This document shows, one piece after another, positions 9,840-22,448 of a DNA stretch of 64,000 nucleotides. How positions within the stretch are numbered: position 1 is the first letter of the stretch; the number at the start of each line of letters is the position of its first letter. The position numbers and the translations under genes were made by a program. The DNA is from Blastocladiella emersonii ATCC 22665 (lineage: Eukaryota > Fungi > Blastocladiomycota): the NCBI GenBank assembly GCA_025594325.1, contig JANHCV010000007.1, positions 620,001 through 684,000 on the forward strand, given 5' to 3'. The notes beneath the pieces are model-generated. The model worked only from the letters and a program-made list of their open reading frames with translations, did no database searches and was not told where the DNA came from.

Positions 9840-12800
9840 ATGGAACGCCCGCGGCCGCCAGGGACCGCCGCCGCCGCCGGGGCCTCGGCCGCGCCGCCGC
9901 CGACTTCACCGGGTGACCGCCGCGAACACCACGCCGTGCCTGCACCTGCATCAACTGCGCCCGCGCTCAGCTACGCCACCCCGCTCGTGCTCCCGTCCAT
10001 GTCCGCGGCCACGCACGGCCACGACCTGGGCGACGGCGCCGCCGCCGACGCTGCGCCACACTCGCACCTGCTGCCCTCCGCCTCCTCCAACAACTCGCCG
10101 GCGGTGCCGCGTCTGCACATCACCGTGCGCCCGCCGACCGCCGCGGATCGCGCCTCCGATGGCGACGCCGCCGAGGATGCGGGCGGCGACCGCCTCGGCG
10201 ACCTGCTGCACCTGCACCACTCGACGTTTGCCGCGACGGGTCTGCGCCGCCGCCGGAGCGCCGCCAGCACCACGACCACCCCGACGTCGCCGAACGCGCA
10301 CGAGCCGCTCGTCGACGACTGGCTGTCGCACAAGTCGTGGGACCAGCCGTCGCGCACCTCGTCGCTGCTGTCGCCCGCCGAGCACAACCCCGCCATCGCC
10401 GCCATGCCCGGCGCGACCGCCACGCTGCCGCGCACCCGCGCCGGGTCCGCGGCGGGTAGCAGTTTGCACCGTGCGACGGCCGCAGGGACTGCGCTGGTGC
10501 GTGCTGTTGATGGGGACTCGGACGAAGACGACGTCGATGACGAGGAGGTCGTCTTCGCCATGAAACCCGGCGCAACCGTCCCGCCGCCGTCCATCACCCG
10601 CGCGCTCGCCCTCTCGACGCGCCGCGCCCTGTCGCGTCTCGCCGACGGCGCGGTCCGGATCCTCGGCAACGAGGCCGACCGCGTCATCGTCGTCGCGCGC
10701 GGCGACCCGACGCTCCCGCTCATCCAGCCCGCCGACGCCGTGTCCGTCATTGGCACCGTGGCCGCCGACTCGTCCTCCGCGACCATGGTCCCGCCCGCTG
10801 CCGACCCACACGCCGCGTCGGGCGATCTCGCGGACCGCGCGACGCTCGCGGGCTCCGACTCGCCCGCGACGTTCGTCACGGCCAACTCGGCGCCGCTGCG
10901 CCCGCCGACGCCCAGCGGGAGCAGCAGCAAGGAGACTGCGTCGCCGGTACCAGTGCCGACGTCGCCGACCGAGTTCCCTACCTCGGGCTTCCTCCTCGCC
11001 GGCAACGAGCAGGGCGCGCGCGACGCGGCCATGGAGCGCGCGCAGCTGCTCGCGGCGCCGACCAAGGCCAAGCGGCTGCGCCGCCGCCGCGTCCTCGCCC
11101 TCGCCGGCCGCTCGCTGTTCATCTTCCCCGCGAGCCACCCGCTGCGGCAGTGGTGTGCACACTTTGTCACGTCCAAGTACGTTTCCCAGGTCTCGGCGTG
11201 TCGTCCCCACCAGTCACTGATGGTCCGCGTCGTTTCCGTGTAGGTACACGAAGCTCTTCATCGTCGTCTGCATCATGATCCACTGGCTGCTCATGGCCCT
11301 CCGCTCGTGGAGCAAGGGTGAGGCCAAGGAGTTCACCCTCTTCACGTCACCGTACGAGACGGCGCTGATCCCCGTCTTCGCCATCTACAACCTCGACATC
11401 ATCCTCAAAGTCATCGCGTTCGGCGGGTTCATCCTGCCGACCGCGGGCGTCGCGGCCGACGGGTCCGCGATCGTCCCCGACCTCGACGAGCCGTACGTGA
11501 TACGCGACGACCGCCGCGAGGACGACGCCATCGACGCCGAGCAGCGCGAGCAGGACGCCCTCGAGGTCGTCGCCGAGGCCTTCGACGCGTCGCGCCACCG
11601 CGCCGCGTCTTCGGCGTCCGCCATGTCCAAGGGCTCGCGCGTCGACCTCTACGGCCTCAGCCCGCTCCCGCCGCAGCCCCTGTCGCGGCGCGCGAGCGGC
11701 GTGTCCCGCCACCCGGATATCGAGCACGCGGGACCGAAGCCGACCATCGACGAGGCGCTGCACGCCGCCGCAGAGAAGCTGCAGTCGCACCGGGGCGGCG
11801 ACCACATGTCGACGGTCGCCGGCACCGTACCCGGGACGGTCCTGGGCGTGCCGACGCCGACGGGCCGGTTCATCGCGTCGAAGCCGCACCTGCGCAGCAT
11901 CTCGAGCGTGCTGGACCTAGTCGCGGTCCTCGCCTTCTGGGCGTACTGCATCTGCGGTGCGGCCGGGTGGACGCCGCTGCTGTGGCTGCTGCGTGGGCTG
12001 ACGGCGGTGCGTCCGTTCCGCCTGCTGGCCGTGACGCGCGGCACGCGCATGATCCTGGCGTCCCTCAAGGCGTCGCGGCGCCTGCTGCGCAACGTGGCCG
12101 TGTTCGCGGCCTTCTTCTTCGTCGTGTTCGGGATCGCCGGGGTCCTGACGTTCAAGGCGTCGTACCAGCGCCAGTGCGTGCTCGACGGCTCCCCCGTCAG
12201 CCCGACCATGTACTGCGGCGCGACGCAGCTCGAGAACGGGACCGTGGTCCCGCCCGCGTACCCGCCGGGCGTCGACGCGCCGCCCACCATGTCCATGGCG
12301 GCGTCGCTCGCGCTCACCAAGGGCTTCGCGTGCCCGTTCCCGACCGAGTGCTGGTACGACCAGCCGAACCCGGAGAACGGGCGCGCCGCGTTTGACAACA
12401 TCGGGTCGACGCTGCTCCTGCAGCTCCAGATCGCCGCCGGCGAGAACTGGGGCCCGCTCATGTTCGGGCTCATGGCCAGCGAGTCCGAGGCGTCGGCGCT
12501 CTACTGCGTCGTCATCATCGTCGTCCTCGGCTACCTCATCCTCCAGCTGTTCGTGTCCGTCACCACCGAGACGTTCGGCGCCGTCCGCGAGGTGTACCTC
12601 GAGGAGAAGGCGCGCGCTCGCGAGGACAAGGAGCGCGCGCGGCAGAAGCGACTGCTCGACGAGGCCAACGGCGGCGTGCTCCCGCGCCGCGCCGACTCGC
12701 CGACGGCGGCTATCGCTGCCAAGCTCGCCGAGACTGCCGTCGGGTCGCGCGTCCTGTCGCTCGCCGACACGCACCTGCCCGCGGCGCGGCGTGTGGCGAC

Positions 12801-15800
12801 GGCGATTGACGAGAGTCTCGCGTGGCGCACCATCTTCTTCCTGGCGCTGTGCGTGTACACGGTGCTGATCTCGATGGTCGCGGGCATCGACAACGAGGAC
12901 GTCAAGATCCGCAAGATCCGCGAGTGGTGGGCGCTCGAGATCGGGTTCACGCTCGTGTTCGCGTTCGAGGTGGTCCTGCACCTGCTCACGGCCAAGTCGG
13001 CGCGCCAGTTCATCCGCGAGTACCCGTGGGACACGCTGCTGGCCACGGCGACCGTCATCATGCTCGCGCTGCCGTTCAATCGGTATCTCTCCGGGTTCCA
13101 GTGCTTCCGGGTGTACAAGCTTGTCACGTACCTCCCGCCCGTCAAGAAGCTGCTCGTCAAGACCAAGCAGTTTATCGGGATCTCGGCCGTCATCGAGTTC
13201 ATGGCCGTCGGGCTCGGGTGCCTCGCCACCATGGCCATGCAGCTGTTCGGCGGCGTCTACGAGTCGGGCAGCAGCGGGTCGGCGTGGACCACGTTCGACG
13301 ACCTCGGGTCCGCCTGGCTGTCCCTGTTCGCGCTCCTGACCGGCGACAACTGGACCAACTACCTGTGGCGCGGCATGGACGCGCACGGCGACGTGCCCTT
13401 CTTCGGGTCGTTCCTGTCGGCGCTGTGGATGGTGACGGCGTTCACGGTCCAGAACCTCGTCCTGCTCAACCTGCTGGTCGCCGTCCTCCTCGACGTCCTG
13501 CAGATCGACGACGACGAAAAGCGCGAGCGCCAGGTCGCCATGGTCGACGGGATCCCGCGCAAGCACCAGGAGACGTCGCGCGCCGCGGCCGTCCGCCGTC
13601 TGTTCGGCCAGGTCACGGGCGTCATCACGCAGGCCGCCGAAGTCATCGTGCGCCGCGTCGACGGCACGCCAATCGACTCGCGCCAGCAGCGCACCCGCCA
13701 GCAGCGCGACCAGGACGCGGCGCCGCAGCAGGCGCCGCCCGGCGGGTACGCCCTGGACGAGAACATGGTCGAGAACTCGGACGCCGCATCGGCAGTGGGT
13801 CGCCGACCTAGCTACAGCTCGCAGGCGCCCAACCTCTACTACGCCAGCCGCCAATTCAACGCCAGCGACTCGTACCTCAGCCGCCGCGCGCCCAAGTTCA
13901 GCTCGCTCGCGTACGGCATCGACCCCGACGACCCGATCCGCCAGGTCGAGGTGCCCGCGTCCTCAGGTATCAACGAGATCGCGATGCCGTCGCCGCTCCT
14001 GCTCCAGAAGGGCTCGCTCGATGGCACGGATGCGGCCGCCGCCGCCGGCAAGTCGCCCGGCAACAGCCGCCGCGGGTCGACCGCGTCGGGGCTCAAACAG
14101 CGGTCCACGGCCGAGTCCAGCCCGGCGGCGTCGTCGGCGGCCCTTCACGAGAGCCACGGGCACGTCGAGCACGCGGCGCCGCCCGCGGTCCCGTTCCGCG
14201 ACCGCATCATGAAGATCGTCGAGTCGCAGTGGTTCTCGGTCGCGACGTTCCTCGCGATCCTGTTCTCGATCGTCACGGCGGCGCTCGACACGCCCGAATA
14301 CCGGCTCGAGCGGCTGCGCGACAAGGACAGCGTGACGTGGGACCTGTACTTCACAGGCGACGTGGTGGCGACGGTCGCGTTCGCGCTCGAGTTTGCGCTC
14401 AAGATCGTCGGGATGCGCGCCGACTACTTCCGCGAGGGGTGGAACATCCTCGACTTCATCGTGCTCGTGACCATGGTCGCGAGTTACGGCGCCGACGAGG
14501 CCACGTCGCACGTCCTGCGCATGTCGCGGTCGCTGCGCCCGCTCAAGACCATCGTGTACCTTCCCGGCGTGCAGTCCATTTTCGCCGCGCTCGCGCTCGG
14601 CATGCCGCGAATCCTGTCGGCCATCGCCTTCTCCATGCTCATCCTGTTCCCGTACGCGCTGTACGGCATGTTCCTGTTCGCGGGCCGCCTGCGCCGGTGC
14701 AACGACACGGGCGTCAAGACGCGCGCCGAGTGCGCCGGCATGTTCGTGCACCCGGACTCGGGCCAGTGGGTGCCGCGCACCTGGGACAACGCGTACACGG
14801 CGTTCAACTGGGACTCGATGGGCAACTCGCTGCTGACGCTGTTCGTGATGGCGAGCGGCGAAGGGTGGACGGACCTCATGGCCATGACGCAGGCGATCCG
14901 CGGGCCCGACCTACAGCCGGCCGACGGGCCGCGCGCCGACGACCTCCCCGCGGCGTCGTGGTGGCACGCCCTGTACTCGGTGTCGTTCATGTTCATCGGG
15001 TCGCTCGCCACGCTGCAGCTGTTCATCTCCATCATCATCCAGTCGCTCGACGAGGCCACAGGCGCAGCGTACCTGACGGGCCCGCAGCGCGCGTGGCTCA
15101 CGGCGTGCAAGCGCATCTCGTCGCTCCGCGCGCGCCCGCTGCACCAGGCCCCCGAGAAGCGGTCCAAGCTCGGCCGCGCCGTCGGCACGTTCCTGCTCAA
15201 GCACGGCGATCGGCTCAACACGTTCGTCACGGCCACCATGACCGTCCACGTCCTCATGATGTGCGTCGAGCACGCCGGCCAGCCGCTGTGGCTCGACCAG
15301 ATCCGCGAGGTCGGCCTCCAGGCGCTCGTGTTCGTGTATTTTGGGCAGATGTGCCTCCTCATGGCGGCGCGCGGGCCGCTGCACTACTTCAAGAAGTCCT
15401 ACTGGAACGGCTACGACTTTTTTATCACGTCGACCGGCGTCCTGTTCGTCATCCTGCAGCTGTTCATCGACAACCCCATCTTCACCCGGCTCCAGAAGAC
15501 CCTGCTCATTGGGTACGCTCTGCGCCTCGCGCGCCGCGTGTCGGGCCTGCACACGCTGTTCAAAACGATGCGGTACGCCACTTTGTTCACTTCTCCCGTG
15601 CCTTGACGCTCGCTGACTTGCCTCCCACGTTTGTGCAGCGCTTCGGCCAAGGACCTGATGCGAATCTTCTACGTGCTCGCGATCGTGCTGCTCTTCTTCA
15701 GCCTGGTCGCGACCGAGCTGTTCGGGCTGACGCGGTACAACAACGCCTACTCGGGCTACGGCTCCGTGCGGTCGACGTGGCTCGCGCTGCTCGCCATGTT

Positions 15801-16712
15801 CCGCCTGACCACGGGCGACGACTGGCCCAACACCATGGACGCGCTCCGCGTCTCGTCGCCCATGTGCGTCACGGGCGCCGGGTACATGGGGTCCGATTGC
15901 GGGAGTCCGGTTTGGGCGTACGTTGGCGCGGGTTTGGGGGGTGGTGGTTCCGAGACTGACGAATTTGGGTGTACGCGTGTAGGATCGTGTTCTTCATCAT
16001 CTTCTTCATCGTGACGACCTACGTCGTGCTCAACCTGGTGGTTGCGCTGCTCACCAGCAACGTGCGTTTCATTGACCGCTGGCTCGCCAACTCCCGCAAT
16101 CTGACACCCATTCGCGACTGTAGTTTGACTACGTGTTCAGCTCGGACCACCTCATCATCTCGGACGACGCGCTGCGGTCGTTCCAGCTCGCGTGGGCGAC
16201 GCTCGACCCGCTCGGCACGGGCAAGATCAAGGCGTCGCAGGTCGCGCTGCTCCTGCACCGCTCGACGCTGCAGAAGATCGACTCGGAGCTCGCCGAGGAC
16301 CGGCGCTGGCGGTCGAACCTGCTGTACTACGTACGTCGTCGGGCAGCCGCACGCTCCACGGTCGCGATTTTGACTGACCACTCTTCATTCGATCGCGTAG
16401 GACCTCAACGCGCAGTGCAACGCCAACGGGCAACTCGGGTTCCAGACGGCGCTCATGACGCTGTGCCTGCACGTCATCCCGCTCGAGGACTGCCTGACGT
16501 ACCACCAGTACAAGGCGCGCGTGCAGTACCTGCGCAGCATCAGCTCGCAGATCGCGCGCGAGCGGCTCGTCGGCCTGTTCCGCATGGCTGTCGAGCGCCG
16601 CCGGTTCGTCCGCCTCGTCCACGCCGCGGTTCGTCAGCACCGCGAGGACGCGGCCGCCGCCAAGGCGGCAGCGGACACGGAGTCGGAGGCGGCGCGGGTC
16701 GTCATCGAGTAG
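9840..16712 (+). CDS. CCH1: Four-domain (4x6TM) Cch1/NALCN-type cation channel, about 5 introns; start is 9840 or 9999
   Basis: Four S1-S6 repeats. Pore loops AAGENW, LTGDNW, ASGEGW, TTGDDW. Charge-poor S4 segments. C-terminal FQLAWATLDPLGTGKI as in fungal Cch1. Introns near 11178-11242, 15572-15639, 15920-15982, 16062-16122 and 16331-16400. Confidence 0.88.
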
Positions 16713-17167
16713 AAGAGGGTCTTTTTCTCCGTTTTGGAGCTGTTTGCACGCCCCCCATTTCCAACCTCCACCACACAAACCAAACCCGTCCCGCATTAGC
16801 ATCATTTCGTAGTTTGGGTCGGCACCTCCATCATAAACTGTAACTTTTTAGGCACTCGGTTGTCATGGGTTCGGCCTGCAGCGACGCAGACGCTAAAGCT
16901 TGTCAGCACGCTCCGAACGCGGCGACCAACTGCCGCGCGGTCGCAGTTTCGCTCGGCCATGAGCGAGTGGACGCCAGACACCGCGTTGGGTGCGAGGCGA
17001 CCACACGCGGTGGTCAGGACGCGCGGCCTCAAAAGGCCCTTGCGTCGCGGGCGCTTTCCACACACGGCGGACTTGGTGCACACGGGACCGTACGCGCTGC
17101 ATCGCTTTCGGATACGTGCGCGTGAAGAAACCGTAGAGACGGTGGTGATGGTGGTGGCGGCGGCAGA

Positions 17168-17375
17168 TCAGGACGAGGTCGACGGTGAGGAGGGCGAGAC
17201 CCGCGGCGACGATGACGACGTGGACTTGGGCTGAGGCGCGACGCGGACAAAGTGGTAGCGGCCGAGAGCGAACCCGAAGATGTTGACCGCGGCGTTGCGG
17301 TCCCGCTGGACCCGAACGCCGCACGTCCGGCACGTCCGCGTCTTGTACAAACACGCCTGCCGCGCTGCTTTACGT
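17168..17375 (-). mobile_element. TnpB/Fanzor C-terminal remnant (Zn-ribbon + RuvC-III)
   Basis: YKTRTCRTCGVRVQRDRNAAVNIFG matches the CxxCG-x4-RDxNAAxNI signature. No RuvC-I/II found upstream, and the frame breaks near 17352. Confidence 0.75.
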
Positions 17376-17725
17376 CGGGCAAACCCATCCCACGCTCATC
17401 GCGGGTGGTCTGGCTCCGCACGACTGGGATTACTGCGATGCAATCCTGAAGTGGTCCGCCGATAGTCTCACCGCGTCGACTATCGTCTCGCTTCACGAGC
17501 TCGGCCTTGCAAATGACTCGGGTCGAGGACGCGCCGCGCCACTCACGTGAGGCACGGAACAGGTGATGCTCTAACGTGAACGCCCAGATGATAAACGTTT
17601 CTAGGGTAAACCGTACTTTTATGACTAAAAATAAACGTTGAAGCCATGAAATCCGGACGGTTCCCGCCGCCACGAGGCGTCCGGAGTGCACAGAATCGGT
17701 GAAGGGAACGAGGGAAGAAACAAAT

Positions 17726-20234
17726 CTAGGGGGAGGCCACGAACCACGCGCGGACCGCGGCGATGCGCGCGCAGAGCTTGCGGATCCACTGCGGCTTCTT
17801 GACACCCATCGGCTTGCCGTGCTCGCGTCGCCCCTGGGGCGAGGGCGCGACTGAGCCGACCACGGCGACCTTGGACGAGGTAGCCGCCGAGGAGCTGAGT
17901 ACGCGCTATGGGGGCGCGTCAAGTCAGTGATGGTGCCCACGGGGAGAGGTCCGAATCGGCGGCGAGCGAACGTACCTTGCCTCGAGCTGCGCTGGCTCGA
18001 CACGCGCGTCGACCTTGAGCAAGGCCGACTGGTAGTCGAGGTGGTCCTGGACCTGGACCGACTGCTGCTGCTCCTGGACCGAGTTGCCGTCCTTGTCCTC
18101 GCCGCTTTCCGGCAGCAGCGATGCATCGGCCTGGACAGGGAGCCGCCGATGGAGCGGCGACGTCGCAATGCCGTCAACCGCAAGCGGCTCCGCTGCCAGA
18201 TGACGACCGACGACGCACTGCTGCGGGACCGCGGCGATGATGGCCGTCGTCGTGTCACACGAACCGCCGTCTGGAACGGCGAGCTCGCACGACTCGACAA
18301 TGTCCCTACGATAGCGGGCGGCGACGTGTCAGTCCCGCTCGATACATGCGAGAACGCGGAGCAACGTACATCTCCTTGACTTCAGCAACGACGGCCGACG
18401 TGGCCGACACTGCGTGCGCCGCCGCCCCGCGCGCGAGTACCGAAGCCTCGCGACCTTGAGCGAAGGCGACGTCGGCGAGTGCCGGCCCGACCGCCTCGGC
18501 ATCAGCCGCCCGACGCGTGGGTGCAGAAGCCCCACAGACGTCGGCGAATGTGGCGTCAGCGTTGACGGTCGTGTCGGTGGTGCTGGCCGTCAGGTGGATC
18601 TCGGACGACTTGATCTCGATCTTGATCGCGCTGGCAGGAGCAGCGGGAAGCTTGGGGGCTATGGGCAAGCCCTCGCCGCGCATCGACGACGTGTGCTGCT
18701 CCTGCTCCTGCTCGTCGGCCTTGGTCTCGGCGGCGCGACGCTCGATGTCACTACATCGCCGAGTCGGTCAGCATCGCGTTCGACCCATCGAGTTAAGGCA
18801 ACGGAGGCGTACCGAGGGGACTGAGCGACCTCAGCGAGCGACGACTCCATCGGGTACACCGAGTCCACGAACTGCGCGGGAACCGTCGCGATTGACTTGA
18901 GAGCGCTGGATGGGTGCTCGACGTGGCTACACGTTACGCTCACTCGGGTTAGCGAACGTGGATCACGACGATCAAGCCGAGAAACGTACCCCGAAACCTG
19001 GTTGGCCTCCTCGGGCGTGGGCTCGTCCACCTCGGGGATCGACTCCAGCCGGAGCTCAAACATGACGAGCTTGGCGGCCGTGTACTTGTTGGGCACCCAC
19101 TCGCCATCGGCGCAGATCTTGATCAGGCGCTTGAGGCTAATGCAAGCACGAGGGCAGAGCGTCAGTGCCGTGGTCGTCGCTGGTCGACATCGAAGCTGAC
19201 GCACCTCGATGGCTCGATGAAGTCAGCGGCCTCCTGGATCAGCTCGGCAAGCGAGAGCGGCGCGAGAGTCGCGGTCGCGGTCGTGGTGCAGTCGGCCATG
19301 ATGATCGTCTCGGGCTTAGTCTGCGCGTCGACGTTGGCGTCGTCGACAATCGAGAGCTCGAAAGGGCAGCTACACGTTTGCACAAGTCAGCGATCAAGGG
19401 TGTGGTTGGTCGACTCACAACGCGTACCTCAAAGGCTCGCCCAGCTCCTCAGCCTCCTCGAGGATCGAGTCCAGCGTGGGAACCGCCGCCGTGGTGCGCT
19501 TGGCGGCCTTGCGCAACTTGGGCTTGGGCTGGATGCTGGCAGTGACGGTGCAAACGATCGGGAACTTGGGGAGGCTACACGCGAGGATCGCCCACGTCAG
19601 CGAATGTCCGCCCCTGCGAGTTATGAAGGAGATGTACCTCGCGGTCTTGGCCTCGATCATGTTCTCGAACGAAGTGTAGGTCGACTTGACGGCCTCGATG
19701 AGGCCCTCGAAGATCTCGGACGGGAACTCGGGGTCGAACGGCTCGGCCTCAGCGGCGGTCGAGGCGTCGGCGCAGGGCTCGTGCTCGACGAGCGCCTTGT
19801 CGAGGAGGTCCGTTGAGCTGTTGTTGGCGAAGACGCCCGAGTCGGCGGCGAGGATGGCGGCCTTGCGGGTCACCTCCGTGACGGCGGCGGTGGCGACATG
19901 GTTGCGCGGGAAGGTTGCGCGGATGGGCCTGGAAGACGTTGCATGGAGTCCATTAGTGATTCATCGTGGTGGGTGAGCGGATCGGGAGTGGTAGAGGTGG
20001 CGAGAGCGGCGACCGACGCGTGTGACCGCCACACGGAATGAGCGCGCTGCGCCACCATCCGAGAGCGACCATCACCACCGCTGGTACGGCAACGGTGCCG
20101 CTCGACCGGATCGGGCGAGATGGGGTGAGAGAAGCGCGGACGTACTTCTTCGCGAGGAGGTGCGGTCCAGCCGGCGCGACGACCCCAACGCCGACGTGGC
20201 CGACAAAGATCTTGAGCCCGCGACGGAAGCCCAT
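17726..20234 (-). CDS. Hypothetical multi-exon protein (no recognised domain)
   Basis: Coding-like segments with GT-AG borders: MGFRRGLKIFV (20234), MTRKAAILAADSGVF...EELGEPLR, CISLKRLIKICADGEW..., ...KKPQWIRKLCARIAAVRAWFVASP* (17726). Exon chain not fully resolved. Confidence 0.45.
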
Positions 20235-21602
20235 GGTGGCGGATCCGTGGATGCCGGTGTTGGATGAGCCGCGTGAGGGCGATGTGGAGAACGGCGGGGA
20301 GGGCGTGCGCGCAGTCAGCGGCGAGTCGAGGTGCTCGGGTGTTGGTGGATCAGCTGCTGCAGGCGGATGATAGATCGGGTCCGGGCGGGTCGTGTCCGAG
20401 GTAATGCACGAGTTCCTGCTGCTGCGGGTGCCGGTGGTCGCTGTTGGTTGGTCGAGGAACGATGGCGAGGACGGACGAGTGTGGTATGCGATTGATCAGC
20501 TGCGAATGGCCGAGTCGAACTGCGCGGGCGGACAGGTTGGGTGAGAGAGCAAGTCAAGGAGAGGGGAGGGGAGCTGTTTTCAGTGTGCCGGCCAGCAGCA
20601 GCGCAGGCGGTCCAACTGGATCCGTCGGCCGGGCGAACCATCTGTCTCCCTCCTGATACCTCGCGATCCAGTCCGTTCCATCGCATCGCGTGACAATTCT
20701 GTCAACCCGAGCAAGTTACACGGGCAAGGTGGGCGACACGCGACGCGCGAGGCCACGCGCCATGGGAGGCTCGGCTGCCCCACCACGCAGATCCTCGCGG
20801 TGCGTCATCGTACGCGTGCGTGTCGCGACCAACCGTGGCCACCACGAGCTCGAGCAACAGGCTGGACGATTTGTGATTGGAGCTGGTCAAGGCCATCGTC
20901 GAGATCCAACACAGCCAGGTCAAGTAGTACTCGACGTCTTGGCCGCGGTCGGACGCCGAATGACGCGGCCACGAGCAACACGCTGCTCAACTCACTTGCA
21001 CGCAAGCTGTCGGTTGTTCCGCAACAGGCACTGCACACGACTTGGTCGTGATGAGTCCTCGCTGCTGATCAGTTTGACCATGGTCGCGACGCGCTCTCTC
21101 ACGCCGTCTTCTCGCTGGCAGCTAAGCGTTCAGGCGATGAACGTCTCGGAGATCCTTCTTACGCGGTCACAGCATCCATGGCGCAAGTGCATGAGGTATT
21201 GCTTCTGATCTGTGCCAGTTGAAGGAGAGCAAAGAGGTCTGGCGCTCACCCACGAGGCGATCTGTCACAGCCAGCACGGGCCGCTGTGTCCTGGTCGATG
21301 GCCACGCTCGCGCGCGTCGCGACGGTCGCCGTCAAACGGGAGTCCCCTTCAGGGACACCGCACCACGGGCGACGGGATCTTCCGCCGATGGCCATGGGAA
21401 TTCGCGTAGTCGCGTAGTGTGAGACGGGTTGCAACGGAATTGGGCGACGCGTTTTTGCGACGCGACAAATGACGCGTTGTTCATGTCGGCTGGTCGCAAC
21501 GCGTGCGCGTCTCCCACTCCGCGTCCGCACTGCGACCAGGACAGCTTCCCCGCATTCAAGGTTGTGCCGTCGAAAAATGTATCAAATACTCTGCCGACCA
21601 AT

Positions 21603-22448
21603 CTAGCACGTCCCGTCCTCGAGCGAACAAGCGATCCCCGCCTCGACAGCGTCCGCCGCCTCCTTGCCTGCTGTCTTGGGCTCCGACGCGAGCCGTTCGG
21701 CGCGGATCTGCTCGAACACCCGGATCCATGCCGCGGGGCCCTCGGCGCCATGGATGCGGAACTTGCCGCCGGCAATCGAAAAGTCGGGCACGCCGCTGAT
21801 CCCGCTGCGGCATGATTCGTCAAGAGTGATGCGGGTCTCGTAAGCGAGCTCGCCCGAGGCCAGAAACTCGAGAACTTGAGCGCGGTCGAGCCCGGCCTGC
21901 TCGGCCCCGTCGGCGAGCACGGCGTGGTCCGACAGCGGACGGCCGTTCTCAAAAAACTCGACGAACAGCGCCTCGGCAAGCTTGTTCTGCACGTCGGCGC
22001 CGCGCGTGTCGAGGACGTGCGTCATGAGCCGGTGGTAGTCGAACGTGCTGCCCACGAGCCCGTCGTTCTTGATCGTGATCCCGACGCTAGCGGCGACGGC
22101 GTCCGTGCGCGCCCACTTGAGGCGGTAGCTGGGCCCGAAGAGGTCCTCGTACATCTGGGCCTTGGGGATGGCCTCGGCCGTCAGCAGCGGGTTCAGGTCG
22201 AATGGGTGCCACCGCGTCTCGACGACGAACGCGGGCTCGTTCGGGCGGGACGCGTTGTACTGCGCCACGGCCATGTCGAGCTTGCGCTTGCCGATGTAGC
22301 AGAAGGGGCAGATGCCGTCAGACACGACGTCAACGACGATGGGAGCTGTCGTGGTCGTGGTGGCCGACATGATGGTGCGGAGAAGAGTGGTGCTGGTGCG
22401 TTGGCTGATGAAGAGCCGAGTGAACATGGGTGTTCGTTTGTTCTTCAA
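21603..22448 (-). CDS. DsbA-family FrnE-like thiol-disulfide oxidoreductase (start may be the Met near 22370)
   Basis: VDVVSDGICPFCYIG (CxxC), WHPFDLNP, GISGVPDF (cis-Pro loop); intronless. Confidence 0.9.
   Translation of the reverse strand: MKNKRTPMFTRLFISQRTSTTLLRTIMSATTTTTAPIVVDVVSDGICPFCYIGKRKLDMAVAQYNASRPNEPAFVVETRWHPFDLNPLLTAEAIPKAQMYEDLFGPSYRLKWARTDAVAASVGITIKNDGLVGSTFDYHRLMTHVLDTRGADVQNKLAEALFVEFFENGRPLSDHAVLADGAEQAGLDRAQVLEFLASGELAYETRITLDESCRSGISGVPDFSIAGGKFRIHGAEGPAAWIRVFEQIRAERLASEPKTAGKEAADAVEAGIACSLEDGTC

Noticed and set aside
20690-21500. Possible gene relic upstream of the DsbA-like gene's 3' end
   Set aside because: Only short, discordant ORFs with no motif I can support.
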